A stretch of DNA of 64,000 nucleotides from Candidatus Zhuqueibacterota bacterium (GCA_049322915.1 JBMOPW010000034.1:288001-352000); one strand, 5' to 3'. Counted from the stretch's first letter, positions 22,290 to 33,210 are shown. Translations and numbers: made by a program. The notes: generated from the sequence alone by a model not told the origin.

Positions 22290-23906
22290 TTATTTCAGGA
22301 GCGTCATTTTATTAATCTTTTGAAAAAATTCTGATTCCAATTTACAGAGATACAATCCACTAGCGACATTGTTTCCCGATTCATCCGCACCATCCCAGTT
22401 GGAAATATATCGACCGGCAGACAGCGATCTATTTACCAGGCATCTGACCGTTTTACCCAGTAGATTATAAATCGAAAGATTAACAAAGCCATCCCTGGGC
22501 AGGACATAAACAATTGCGGTCGTCGCGTTAAATGGATTGGGATAATTTTGCTGAAGCATAAACTCACCCCAATGATTGCTGTCGGTAGCCCTGATGGATG
22601 TGCTGAACTCAGGCTTTAACTGGAAAATCACTTCGTTACTGTTTTTTTCCAGATCAAAGGTTTTACTAAAAGTCGAATCGTGGTGAATGACTTTGATCTC
22701 GTAGCTGCCTAAAAATCCACGTCCCTGAAATTTACCCTGGCTGTCGGTATTACCCTGAAAATTCGACCACCACCTATTGAAAACCAGGTCTTTGTACGCC
22801 AAACCGTTCGGTTTGATCGACCAATCCTTGCGATAAAGCGCTCGTTGTGGTCGCCAATGCGAACCCTCCCAGAAACCCCACATTTGAATGCCGCTCACTC
22901 CCGGATGGCTAAACACTGTGATAAAAAAATCATGCAGATATTGAGCCTGTTGCTGTTCGTTGATGCCCTCATGATCGAATTCAGTAATTCTGATATCAAG
23001 ACCAAATTTGGAGAAACGGCTAATCCGATAGAAAATTATGGCAGGATCCAACTGGCTGTCTTTTTCCATATGCCCCTGAATGCCGATTCCGTCCAGTGGA
23101 GCGTTATGGTCCAACAAATATTGGATTTCCTGCTCGACTTTGATCAAGTTCTCTGCGGTGAGCAGAATGCCATTTTCATTGATGAACAGTTTGCAGTCGG
23201 GCAGTTCTTCCCGAGCGGTTTCAAACCAATCCACCATGATCGAATCGCCGAAAATGTCCATGACATCATGGCAGGTGGCTGGCTCATTGACGACATCCCA
23301 TTCATAAACGTAATCTTTGGTGGCAGATGTAACATCCCTGATGCGATTGATGATAACCTCTGGTAATCCAGCCGAATTGGTGTGATAAGGCTCCAGGAAA
23401 AGCGGCATATAATTCCACTTGGGCCAGATGAGACCATGCGCTCGAAAAAAAAGGTCATTCTCTTTAAACCATGCCAAAGCACCCATGGTCCTTTCTCGGT
23501 CGAATGGATTCCCGGGAATCAAATATTCCGAAGTTTTAAAACGGCTCTGATCCCATTCGCCTTCCCAGGGACCCCATTTCAGATCACTGGAAAACGTGCC
23601 CGAATTGAATAGTTCTAAAAAAGTCGCTCTGTATTGTTCGATGGCATACGGACCAAATACCAGCCCCGCTTTCACTTCGGATCCAAATAAAAAAGCGTGC
23701 TTTTTCATATTGACTTCGATAGCAGCGTTGGAAATTATGTTGCCAGCTTCATCCGTGACAATAATGGTGAAATCCCCTTTTCGATATTGTTCGATACGCT
23801 TGTCCGCTTCTTCATAACTGCCCCACGTTTGAGCACGCGCCATGGTTGACAGCAGTAACAATCCAGCTAAAACGATCATCAGATAAGTAAACAATTTTTT
23901 TATCAT
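22290..23906 (-). CDS. Glycoside hydrolase family 10 with T9SS type-A-like C-terminal sorting domain
   Basis: WDVVNEP, GIQGH, ITEFD; C-terminal QNYPNPFN...WDG...ASGLY...KMTLLK. Confidence 0.9.
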   Translation of the reverse strand: MIKKLFTYLMIVLAGLLLLSTMARAQTWGSYEEADKRIEQYRKGDFTIIVTDEAGNIISNAAIEVNMKKHAFLFGSEVKAGLVFGPYAIEQYRATFLELFNSGTFSSDLKWGPWEGEWDQSRFKTSEYLIPGNPFDRERTMGALAWFKENDLFFRAHGLIWPKWNYMPLFLEPYHTNSAGLPEVIINRIRDVTSATKDYVYEWDVVNEPATCHDVMDIFGDSIMVDWFETAREELPDCKLFINENGILLTAENLIKVEQEIQYLLDHNAPLDGIGIQGHMEKDSQLDPAIIFYRISRFSKFGLDIRITEFDHEGINEQQQAQYLHDFFITVFSHPGVSGIQMWGFWEGSHWRPQRALYRKDWSIKPNGLAYKDLVFNRWWSNFQGNTDSQGKFQGRGFLGSYEIKVIHHDSTFSKTFDLEKNSNEVIFQLKPEFSTSIRATDSNHWGEFMLQQNYPNPFNATTAIVYVLPRDGFVNLSIYNLLGKTVRCLVNRSLSAGRYISNWDGADESGNNVASGLYLCKLESEFFQKINKMTLLK

Positions 23907-23997
23907 TAAAATTCCCTTATGGTTAACGACAATACAAAATCAGGTGCAGATATTTCTGCACTGTCATTGCCTGATGAATACAATCGCAACATCCCTG

Positions 23998-25017
23998 CTA
24001 AAAGCCGATACTCAAGGTGAACATTTGCGCTTCAATCAGCTCGTTAAAATTCTGATAGCCATAATCGATTTGCAGTTCGGTTCCAATGAGTGCATAGTGG
24101 AAGCCGACGCCGACCGAAAGCCCGGTATTAATTTCTTCATTGAAGAGCGAATTATATCCTGCTCTCAGCGCAAACATTTTATTGAATACATACTCCAATC
24201 CCAAATTCAGGCTCTCATTGCTGTTGTTGGGATGCAGCGCATCCATCGATAACAGGAGATTGCTTTTTCCTATTCCTTTCAAAACATCCATCGATATTCC
24301 GATTCTGAACATGATTGGGAGATCATACGCTTCGGTCTTCAACAGGGCATTGGTATTTTCACTGGTCCCACTGTAACGGTCATCAATCCGGGTCTGAATC
24401 AACAAATCTTTGCCATCCATGCGCATTTTACCGCCGTAGTTGGAAATGCTCATTCCCAATTGCAGCCCATTGAATTGCGTGGTAAAAAGTGTGCCCACAT
24501 CAAAGGCAATGGCAGAAGCGCTGCTGTTATATATTCTCTCGTTGATGTATTTAAAGCTGCCGCCAATGGAAAATCGATCCGTTAAATCCCGGGCATAGCT
24601 CAGTCCCATCACGTAACTTCCCGCATCGAAAAATTCACCATTGCCATCAGGGAAATCGACGGTGGTACGTTCCATTCGATCCATAATGATAAATTTCGCC
24701 TGGGCGCCGATAGTGCCAAATCCAGCAATGGGAACCGTGACCCCGACAAAGTTGATATCAATATCCGCGATCCATTTCGTGTGACAGAAAAGCGCACTGT
24801 TATCTTTAATCCTGGCAATCCCCGCCGGATTCCAGTACATGGCAGAGGCGTCATTGGCAATGGAGACAAAAGATCCCCCCATCGCAACAGCACGGGAACC
24901 GACATCGATATTGAGATAATTGGCAACCGTGGTTCCTGTCTTCGTGAGTGAGCTTTGACCAAACAGATCGAAGCAGAGGAACAACAGCCCATTTATGATT
25001 AACCCTATTTTTCGCAT
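23998..25017 (-). CDS. PorV/PorQ-family outer-membrane beta-barrel
   Basis: YLNIDVGSRAVAMG, NDASAMYWNPAG, ALRAGY, C-terminal Phe. Confidence 0.85.
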   Translation of the reverse strand: MRKIGLIINGLLFLCFDLFGQSSLTKTGTTVANYLNIDVGSRAVAMGGSFVSIANDASAMYWNPAGIARIKDNSALFCHTKWIADIDINFVGVTVPIAGFGTIGAQAKFIIMDRMERTTVDFPDGNGEFFDAGSYVMGLSYARDLTDRFSIGGSFKYINERIYNSSASAIAFDVGTLFTTQFNGLQLGMSISNYGGKMRMDGKDLLIQTRIDDRYSGTSENTNALLKTEAYDLPIMFRIGISMDVLKGIGKSNLLLSMDALHPNNSNESLNLGLEYVFNKMFALRAGYNSLFNEEINTGLSVGVGFHYALIGTELQIDYGYQNFNELIEAQMFTLSIGF

Positions 25018-25053
25018 TTCAATTCTCCTTAAAATTAACGCAGACAGAACCCG

Positions 25054-28000
25054 CTACTTGATTACCGCAAACTTTCCAGTCCGTTGTCCCACTTCATCGG
25101 CGTCGATGTAATAAATGAAGATCCCGAATCCGATTTCCATATTATCTTTGGTGAGCATATTCCAGATTTCGGCGCCATCATCAAGCTCGTTATCATGCTC
25201 GATGGTGTTTATCAACTGGCCCCGAATATCGAATATTTTTATCGTACATTTTCGGGGCAGGTGGGTGAAATGCAACTCTCGCGGTCCTCGGCCTCTGGCA
25301 TACGGATTGGCGGGCTCAAAGGAATTGGCAACAATGTAGGGATTGGGAACTACTCGAATCTTATCAAGTTGCCGGGCTGCCAGGAGCTTGTCCTCCTGCG
25401 CCGCGGTGGTCATAAATTCGAGAATATCATTCGATAGAAATGGCTTGATGGTATGAATAATGAGCGTATCGCCAGTCTGGGGATTCCGCTTCAACGAGTC
25501 GAAGGTCGCCATTTCAACAGCATGGCAGAGCGTATAGTTATTCAATGAATCAGATTGGAGAAGATAGATTTGATCCCGACGGGTCAATTTTGTATAGGAA
25601 GTAAATAATCCTTTCAAACTATCTGCGGCATAGTCCAATTCTCGAAAGGCAAAAAGAACATCTTCACCCGTAAACCAATCCACCACTTTAAAATTGACCT
25701 CGATGGATTCGGCCCTGACAGGCGTGTACTTCACTGATTTCCCAATCCCGCGCTCGCCAAAAATAATTTTCACATCGATTGGCAAGAGTTTTGTCTTGAA
25801 AGAAGGCATCGGTACCAGGGTGAAGTCGTAAATGTCAGGCGCGCTCCAGCGGCTCCTGGCTGCATCGAGCGCCAGTTCGGCGGGGTTGTCAAATACCAAT
25901 TGAAAACCATCGACAATGGGAATTTCTGCTGCAAGACTGAATTGATCCAGCAAAATTTTTGGCTCATTTGAATCGGTAATGTCGGTCAGGGTGAATGATT
26001 TTGTGGCCAATTCCGTAAGCACGGTATCATTAAACGTGACCTGATAGGTATGATCATCTTTAATAAAATTCGGATCAATCATCTCCAAATTTACGGTTCC
26101 GCTGGCATGTCCGGCAATGTGCTGCAAATCGCCGCTGCTGGCGGGGACATAACCTGCCGCAGGCGCTCTGGGAACCACGGCCACGACATTCTCTGAAATA
26201 TTGATTATTTCGCCCGTCTGTCCCAGTGTCAATTGACGGCTGCATTCGGTCGGTGGCACCAATAAGGAATCATTGCCCCGATCATAAGAAACCACGGCAT
26301 AAAAGTATGTAATTCCATTCTTCACCGTGGTATCGACCCAGGTGTGCTGCAAACCGCTGTCATCGCCCAGGTTGTATTGAACGCCATCAATGGCACCCAT
26401 CGACAAACCTTTAATTCCATTTTTAAGATCAAAAATTACCAATGGCTGCTGGCCAATGACCGAACCATAGGCATTGGTCACCTGCTTCATATCTTTCCAT
26501 TGGTCATCGGTGGATCGATAAATACGATAGCCCTCAAAATCTTTGCCGTTGATCGGATCAAAAGAATCTTCCGCCTTTGAATCCCAATAGAGCACCACCT
26601 TTTTGTCGCCTACCACAGCCGTCACTTCGGGCGTGATGGGCGCCTTGAAGAAATGATAATCTTCTTTAAAGGCTTTCTCCGAATGGTCTTTATTTCGAAC
26701 AATTGCGGCTTCGTCTTCGCCAAAAATCAGCGCGCCTGAAAAGCGTTCGATATCATCCGGGCGCATGGGAAAATAGCCCGAGCCCATAAATGGCGTGTTC
26801 GATTCCACCCAGATGACATTCTGGGGGGCATAGACCGTTCCTGGCGCAGTTAATTTCCAGATGCCTTCGTCATTGTAAAGCGGCGTGCGGTCCCACGGCG
26901 TATCCATGTAAAAAGCCGTCATGCCGATCAGATCGCTCTCATCAATGTCGGTCTTATCGATATTGGGTTCGCCAGGCAGACCCGTATCCACACCGTTGAG
27001 ATAGCCTGAAGTGGGCATTCCATCCCCTTCGCCAAAATCCGGGTTGAGTTTGTTTTGAGCGCCATCCAGGCCAATGTCATCGGTCTGTGAATTCCAATCG
27101 CCGTCTTCATCGATATTATTGTCGCGGCGCTCATCGATCATCCGGTTATCCAGCCCCGCGCCGGAGAAATAGTCCACTGCCCGTCTTCCGACGTAAATAT
27201 ATTTCGATAAAGTTAGTCCGGTAGTATCCGTCAACGCCCCATTGTTTTCATCAATGATGCCGTTCAAATTGTTGTCAATGTTATCGAAGGGTATTTCTTC
27301 CAATATCTTTCCCGGCCAGGCAATTGCTTTTTGGTTGTCCTGAAACAATATTTTAATCGTATCATTGGGCATAGTGGTTCGGCTGCGCTGGAAGGTGAGA
27401 TAATCCGTGATAATAATTTCATCGCCAGCCTGTACCGCTTTTTGAACAAACATGGATTCATCGATGATGATACCACTGCCGATGAAGCCATCGCCATCAT
27501 TATCGATACCATCTTTGGAATTGCCAGGCGTTTCAAACAGGGTGTAGCCGCACCAACCTGTCGTAAAATTGGTGGCGCCTTTCCCATCCTGATCATAGAA
27601 ATACAAAAATCGTTCATCTTTTTCAAACAGACCGACATCATCCGTCCACTCAGAGCCATGATTCTTAGCGGCAGCGCCAATTGTGAATCCCGGCACCTGA
27701 ATAAAATTGACTTTATTGTGATTGTAAGTGCCGATATTTTTCACATCGTAAACAACGAACATCACGTCTTTCACCAGGGGGTTATTCCACTGCAGGCTGC
27801 GCACCTGAATCCGCATCCCCAGACCCCGACGGCTTAAATCCATTGCATCCGGATAAAATTCAAATTCCCGGTTGTGATAGTCATCCACCACAAAGTAACT
27901 CTCCTGATCGGCATTGGCAAATTCCCGCCCTTTGGCGAACAGGCTATTCCACGTGCCGGGCCAGCCCGGATCGACTGGATCCGCTTCTTTATCAGGCCAG

Positions 28001-28491
28001 CTTTTGGGCCAGGACCAGGGCAGGTGACTCATGGCGACGGAATTTTCTGCCACTCCTTCAGTGGCAGTCGCATTGTAATTAGCAAATCCAGGCAGTGGCG
28101 TCAGTGTCCACCATTCGCTGCGATTCAACGGATTGGTATCACCCGAGCTGCCATGAGTGCCTGTGGTGTTGGTGCCATGGGATTCGGAGATGATGGTCTG
28201 ACGATTTCCATTCACATCGAATACTTCCGCGCCGACTAACAGGACGATTTTTGAGAAATAATAATGACCACTGCCTTTGGGCCATTCCCCGTGGATTTCA
28301 TTGGTCTCTTCGGCACCGAGACGGCCGAACATTCCGTAATTAAAAAAATGCGTTTGAATGTTATTGCCATTGTGCAAGCCTCGCAGCACGTAGGCCTGGT
28401 CGCCGTGTAAATCATCAATGCCACCGTAGCCATGTTGTGAAGCCGTTATCAGGAAAACACATATTAAAAGATTCATCGCAAATAGTTTCAT
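25054..28491 (-). CDS. Large secreted protein of unknown function (Asp-rich putative Ca-binding motifs, FnIII-like domain, VVPNPY C-terminal sorting-like domain)
   Basis: Signal peptide after ATG 28491 (AAGGAG RBS); DGIDNDGDG, DNNLNGIIDE, VVLYWD...FEGYRIYRS...YFYAVVSYD, IRVVPNPY...GKFAVIK. Confidence 0.75.
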   Translation of the reverse strand: MKLFAMNLLICVFLITASQHGYGGIDDLHGDQAYVLRGLHNGNNIQTHFFNYGMFGRLGAEETNEIHGEWPKGSGHYYFSKIVLLVGAEVFDVNGNRQTIISESHGTNTTGTHGSSGDTNPLNRSEWWTLTPLPGFANYNATATEGVAENSVAMSHLPWSWPKSWPDKEADPVDPGWPGTWNSLFAKGREFANADQESYFVVDDYHNREFEFYPDAMDLSRRGLGMRIQVRSLQWNNPLVKDVMFVVYDVKNIGTYNHNKVNFIQVPGFTIGAAAKNHGSEWTDDVGLFEKDERFLYFYDQDGKGATNFTTGWCGYTLFETPGNSKDGIDNDGDGFIGSGIIIDESMFVQKAVQAGDEIIITDYLTFQRSRTTMPNDTIKILFQDNQKAIAWPGKILEEIPFDNIDNNLNGIIDENNGALTDTTGLTLSKYIYVGRRAVDYFSGAGLDNRMIDERRDNNIDEDGDWNSQTDDIGLDGAQNKLNPDFGEGDGMPTSGYLNGVDTGLPGEPNIDKTDIDESDLIGMTAFYMDTPWDRTPLYNDEGIWKLTAPGTVYAPQNVIWVESNTPFMGSGYFPMRPDDIERFSGALIFGEDEAAIVRNKDHSEKAFKEDYHFFKAPITPEVTAVVGDKKVVLYWDSKAEDSFDPINGKDFEGYRIYRSTDDQWKDMKQVTNAYGSVIGQQPLVIFDLKNGIKGLSMGAIDGVQYNLGDDSGLQHTWVDTTVKNGITYFYAVVSYDRGNDSLLVPPTECSRQLTLGQTGEIINISENVVAVVPRAPAAGYVPASSGDLQHIAGHASGTVNLEMIDPNFIKDDHTYQVTFNDTVLTELATKSFTLTDITDSNEPKILLDQFSLAAEIPIVDGFQLVFDNPAELALDAARSRWSAPDIYDFTLVPMPSFKTKLLPIDVKIIFGERGIGKSVKYTPVRAESIEVNFKVVDWFTGEDVLFAFRELDYAADSLKGLFTSYTKLTRRDQIYLLQSDSLNNYTLCHAVEMATFDSLKRNPQTGDTLIIHTIKPFLSNDILEFMTTAAQEDKLLAARQLDKIRVVPNPYIVANSFEPANPYARGRGPRELHFTHLPRKCTIKIFDIRGQLINTIEHDNELDDGAEIWNMLTKDNMEIGFGIFIYYIDADEVGQRTGKFAVIK

Positions 28492-28634
28492 TGTGAGCTC
28501 CTTGAAATTGAAAAAAATTAAATTCACCACTTAACCCTACTACGTCATTTGGCAAGTTCTGCACAATATATTGTATGTTATGTTGTCAGAAAATACGCTA
28601 TATTGTTCTAATAATTCTAAGTGATGTTGTAGGG

Positions 28635-31610
28635 TTAAAATTCCAGCGAATAGCCCAATTGGATCTGTCGTGGCGGTTGATACCAGCCTGGATTCTTCCA
28701 CAACTCTTCTATCGTGCCAATTCTACCTGAGTTATAGGGATAAAACTCCGGTCTTAAAAATGTTGAATAATCAGGGGATCCTGTATCGGCGTAAACATTG
28801 ATCGCGCCTTTCTGGTCGAAAAGATTGTAGATTCTAAAATAGAAAACATGTTTTAGTTTTGAATTGGTTCGACCAAATGTTTTACTAAGGAAAAAATCAA
28901 CATTCGTGATCGTCGGTCGGCGGGCGATGTTGTAATCCCAGCCGGCGTATTGACTGCCGCCGGTGGCTTCCGATTTGGCAATCGTCGGCGTATAAGGCAA
29001 GCCTGTTTCATATCTTCCGATCAAGGAAATGAGCCACCCGCTGAAATCCATTCGCACCGTCCCGCGCAACTGATGCTGTTGATCCCAATCCAGCGGGACT
29101 AACTTCTTGGTGGGTTCTTCATTCATGGTGATGGCGTTGAAGGCGTCGCTCGGGTCAGAATAGGTGCCTTCCACCACGCCAAAGGCATAATAGAGATTGG
29201 CTGAAAAATGTTGCGCATATTTCTTCTCCAGCGAGACCGTGATGCCGCGTGAGTTGGCATAATCCAGGTTCTGGTACATGGTGTACAACGCCCCGGAATA
29301 GGTCCGCATCGGCGAAATAAAACCGATCTGGTCGCGGATGTCTCGATAGTAAAGGGTCACATCCAATCCGACCGAGCTTCCCAGTTGCTGCTGCAAACCG
29401 ATTTCATAGGAAACCGTGGATTTGGCATCCAGGTCAGCGTTGCCAAAAATATCTGGCTCAGTGCCGCCGGATACTTTAAAATCAGGTCGGGCATACAAAT
29501 AGCTGAATCGTGGCATCTGGAAAAAGTGGCCGTAAGAGACATGGATAATTCCCTGATCCGAAATCGGGTAGGCAATGCCAATTCGGGGACTCACCTGCAT
29601 TTTCAGATCGACCGCTTGGTGCATGAACGCGCGTCGTTCCTCTGGCGTGTATTCCTCAAATTGACGCTCGTATTCTTCCAGACGGGATTGAATATTTTTT
29701 ATCTCATCGGGTGGCTCGATCCAATTTTTGTATTTCCATTCCTTGCGATAGGGACGATAAATATCAGGATCGCGATTATCGATAGGCTTCACATGATTCG
29801 CGTCAAAATAATCGAACCGCATTCCGATGTTCAAAATAATGTCTTTGTATTCCAGCTTGTCCTGGATGTAGGCGGAAAAAGCCTTTGGCTGGCGAGTGTA
29901 TTCATTGAACGAGGGGCTGGCGACGTCGGGCAAAACTGGCTTGAAAGCGCCGAATTCATCTTTGCTTTTGGTGACCACAAAATTTTTATTAAAATCATCA
30001 TACAGTTTCAATTCAAGACCGACTTTGAGCAGATGCTGTTTGGTGACCTGGCTGGTGATGTCAAATTTGCCCATCCAGTATGAAGAATGGCTGGCGTAAT
30101 GACTTCGATTCTGATTGAATCGGTTGAAACTTTGTCCGGGAACAGCCCCCATCATCGAGTCGGGATCAATATACCCTTTCGGCTGACCTGGATCAATAAT
30201 CCAGAACAGTCGGGTCGTGTCTGCATTTTTCAATGAAAAAAACAGGTCAGGATTTGAATCGGGATCAAAGGGATCCATGATCAGGCTGCCATCATCGCTA
30301 TCAATAAATCGTGCCAGATAATTGGGCGTTTTAAATGGATCTTTATAAAGATAACTTTCACTTTCCGAATAATCGTAGAGGAATTTTAGATCATAAAATG
30401 TAGTGGGACTGAGCATGTGCGTCAGGGCTAACAGATGCGAGTTGCCATGGCTGTAATTCTGAAGCCCGCCATCCGGAACGTACATGTTGCTTCTGCCCCC
30501 CGCGCTTCGCGGCTGGTCCGATGCATCGAAAAAAAGACTATACTTGACTTTGAAACCTGGATTCACTGACCAGGCGAGATTCATCAATCCGGTATATCGG
30601 GTGGACGGATTCAGCGCGACCAACGAGCTATCACCCGGGAGTCCTTCGGGAGTAAACCAGCGACGGCCATATTCCGAGCCAGTTAGATCCTGAAATCGGC
30701 CATGGGCAAAAAAGGTCACTTTGTTTTTCAGAAATGGAACAGGCCCGCTGAGTGCCGCCTCCAGATTGTATTCGGGATTGATGTGCTCGGCAACGGGATT
30801 TTCAGTCGCTCCGGTTCTGTTCGTTGTTCCGGTTCCGGGCGCCTGAACATCGTTGGTATTTTTGAGGACTGTGTATAAATCGTTGAATGACACGTAATCT
30901 CCGAGGTAAGCGGAAAGCCGGCCATGATAATTTATTTCTCCGCTTTTGGTGATGATATTCACGATGCCTGAATTTGCATTGCCATATTCAGCATTGAAAG
31001 CGCCGGTGACCACCTGGATTTCTTTAATTGCGTGGCTTTCGACAGCGACGCCCCGACCGGTTACAGGAACGCCATCGACCCAGGTTGCCACTTCGTCGCC
31101 CCTGCCGCCTCGAATGTGGCTCTCGCCACCCGTGCTAACCACTGCCGGTTGTAACAGCATAATGGCGCCAACCGACTGGACCGGCAGGTTGCTGATTTCC
31201 TCAGAATCCATTGTTTCTAATGAAGCGGTCATGTCTTTTTGAATCAGCGGGCGTTGCGCTTCCACGACTACCACATCGCCCTCAATCACCGTTGCTTCAA
31301 GGCTAATATCGATCGTGGTTGTAAAATCGACATTTACCCGGACAAGCTCGCGGCGGTGAGTTTTATACCCCATCATGGTTGCCACAACGGTGTAGCTGCC
31401 GGGAGGAATATTCAAAATTGCGTAATTCCCGTTCATGTCAGTCGCGGCGCCGATGAGTGTCCCTTCAATAACGACATTCGCACCGGGCAGGGGACTCTGA
31501 TTTTCCGCATCTTTTACGACGCCGGCAATCTTGCCGGTCGTGCCGGCAAAAGCATGAGGACTGAAACAGAGCAAAAGAAATATAAAAATAAAGCTCGCTC
31601 GTAATTTCAT
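28635..31610 (-). CDS. TonB-dependent receptor with N-terminal carboxypeptidase-like domain
   Basis: GTTGKIAGVVKD...PLPGANV, HIRGGR, TGAFNAEYG (plug), SPRIGIAYPI, C-terminal PRQIQLGYSLEF. Confidence 0.92.
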   Translation of the reverse strand: MKLRASFIFIFLLLCFSPHAFAGTTGKIAGVVKDAENQSPLPGANVVIEGTLIGAATDMNGNYAILNIPPGSYTVVATMMGYKTHRRELVRVNVDFTTTIDISLEATVIEGDVVVVEAQRPLIQKDMTASLETMDSEEISNLPVQSVGAIMLLQPAVVSTGGESHIRGGRGDEVATWVDGVPVTGRGVAVESHAIKEIQVVTGAFNAEYGNANSGIVNIITKSGEINYHGRLSAYLGDYVSFNDLYTVLKNTNDVQAPGTGTTNRTGATENPVAEHINPEYNLEAALSGPVPFLKNKVTFFAHGRFQDLTGSEYGRRWFTPEGLPGDSSLVALNPSTRYTGLMNLAWSVNPGFKVKYSLFFDASDQPRSAGGRSNMYVPDGGLQNYSHGNSHLLALTHMLSPTTFYDLKFLYDYSESESYLYKDPFKTPNYLARFIDSDDGSLIMDPFDPDSNPDLFFSLKNADTTRLFWIIDPGQPKGYIDPDSMMGAVPGQSFNRFNQNRSHYASHSSYWMGKFDITSQVTKQHLLKVGLELKLYDDFNKNFVVTKSKDEFGAFKPVLPDVASPSFNEYTRQPKAFSAYIQDKLEYKDIILNIGMRFDYFDANHVKPIDNRDPDIYRPYRKEWKYKNWIEPPDEIKNIQSRLEEYERQFEEYTPEERRAFMHQAVDLKMQVSPRIGIAYPISDQGIIHVSYGHFFQMPRFSYLYARPDFKVSGGTEPDIFGNADLDAKSTVSYEIGLQQQLGSSVGLDVTLYYRDIRDQIGFISPMRTYSGALYTMYQNLDYANSRGITVSLEKKYAQHFSANLYYAFGVVEGTYSDPSDAFNAITMNEEPTKKLVPLDWDQQHQLRGTVRMDFSGWLISLIGRYETGLPYTPTIAKSEATGGSQYAGWDYNIARRPTITNVDFFLSKTFGRTNSKLKHVFYFRIYNLFDQKGAINVYADTGSPDYSTFLRPEFYPYNSGRIGTIEELWKNPGWYQPPRQIQLGYSLEF

Positions 31611-33172
31611 TTTGGGACTCCTGTTCTTTTAGAATATGATTGCATTGCGTTATCATGGCTATGTTTAAAATCTAACCGCGCATTATCCGTCAACAACGGG
31701 AAAGCGGGCGTTGGAATTATATAAGGTAAATTTGGTCGAGTAACAAACATCGGCGCGGATGTGAGTTTAATTTTATTCAACGCCGCCATATTTATTTTTA
31801 TTTTTGAATCATAGACCTGCTTTAGACTATCAAGATAATCATCAAAATAGGTGTGGCTTCCGCTGAGTCGGTTCGGGTCAAAATCTTTGCGCTGTGAAAT
31901 TTGTTTGATAAATTTATCCCGATGGTAAACCGCGACCAACGCGTCCTGCCATTTTCGAACATGCCGTCGCACTTGATCGGTTTTATCAATAGATTTTTTG
32001 TAGGCTTCCCGGGTAATGTATTGGTCTTTGATCAGGTCGGCGAGCGCCAGCTTGAACTGCTCCAGGAGCGCTTCACGGCTCGCAACCTCTTTTTCCCGAA
32101 AGACAAGTGGATGGGACATCAGCGCGGTTCTGAAATCATTTACAAACCACTGATCGTCATTTATTTTGCAGAAGGGGGATTGTAAAAACTGTTTATCATC
32201 AAACGTCAATGCAAAATCATTTGCTTCCGGATCATTTTTTCGTTTCAATGAAATGCCTGACTGATTATTTTCCTGTGTTTGGACAAGCCATGTTTCAAAC
32301 ATCCTGAAGATTTTGGGGAACGAATTTTTATCAAATTCAATTTTTTTATGCTGCATTAAATTATTAGTGAAATTCGTCCAGATGGAGCTTGCCTTCATAT
32401 TTTTCAATTTATGCGTCACCTCATTCCATCTGGTTTGGGCTTGAATACCGCCCAAAGGTTTTGTGTCTGTCCAACGGATCACTTTAATCACGAGATACTT
32501 GTTATAATCCACGGGCAATGGGCCCACAACCTGGCCTGCTGTGATTGGCCGGGTAAATAATGCTTGCTGAACGATATCTGGTGTGTCTGAATCATTCCAT
32601 GATAGTTTTCGTTGCGGCGGCTTATCCGCCAAATTGATTTCATCAAAAATTTGTGGTTTTAAATTGGAATGTTCATCAAAGTTTCCTTGCAGAATTCTGG
32701 CTTGTGCGCTGTCCAGCGAATAAAATTCCAGATCATATTCCCTGCCAGCCAGGGCAAATGTTTTTACTATCTCAGCCGAATCTAAATTTACTTTATTATA
32801 AGCTTCACTATAAAAGAGCATCTCCCGCATGAACTGCTCTTTTCGACCCTTGAGGTAGGCTTGAAATAGCTCCTGATTCAGCAAGGCACTTTCCTGATCC
32901 ATCTCAAGTGAAAGCAGCTTCTCAGCAATGAGCGTATTTAATATGATCGCTTTATCCTTGGGTGTGTTGGAGCTGCAATACGGCTGGCGTGGCGTTAATT
33001 CAGCCCGCTCAATAAATTCTTCAGCCGTAATAATTCGGTCCCCAATGATCGCCACAGCCTCAGGTTCAGGGATTTGTTTAGAACACGTCCAAAGCGCAAG
33101 TAAAAGTAACAGGCAAAAAATACTTTTAAAATAAGCTGCAACCCGGAATTTTTTTTTAAATTTTGGAGTCAT
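31607..33172 (-). CDS. Lipoprotein with SurA/PpiD-like (chaperone/PPIase-like) features
   Basis: Lipobox-like LWTC; VAIIGDRIITAEEF, ILNTLIAEKLL, GQVVGPL...YLVIKV; its stop overlaps the receptor start (ATGA). Confidence 0.6.
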   Translation of the reverse strand: MTPKFKKKFRVAAYFKSIFCLLLLLALWTCSKQIPEPEAVAIIGDRIITAEEFIERAELTPRQPYCSSNTPKDKAIILNTLIAEKLLSLEMDQESALLNQELFQAYLKGRKEQFMREMLFYSEAYNKVNLDSAEIVKTFALAGREYDLEFYSLDSAQARILQGNFDEHSNLKPQIFDEINLADKPPQRKLSWNDSDTPDIVQQALFTRPITAGQVVGPLPVDYNKYLVIKVIRWTDTKPLGGIQAQTRWNEVTHKLKNMKASSIWTNFTNNLMQHKKIEFDKNSFPKIFRMFETWLVQTQENNQSGISLKRKNDPEANDFALTFDDKQFLQSPFCKINDDQWFVNDFRTALMSHPLVFREKEVASREALLEQFKLALADLIKDQYITREAYKKSIDKTDQVRRHVRKWQDALVAVYHRDKFIKQISQRKDFDPNRLSGSHTYFDDYLDSLKQVYDSKIKINMAALNKIKLTSAPMFVTRPNLPYIIPTPAFPLLTDNARLDFKHSHDNAMQSYSKRTGVPK

Positions 33173-33210
33173 CAGAATTCACATCATTTGAATTACGTTT
33201 CATTATAATT

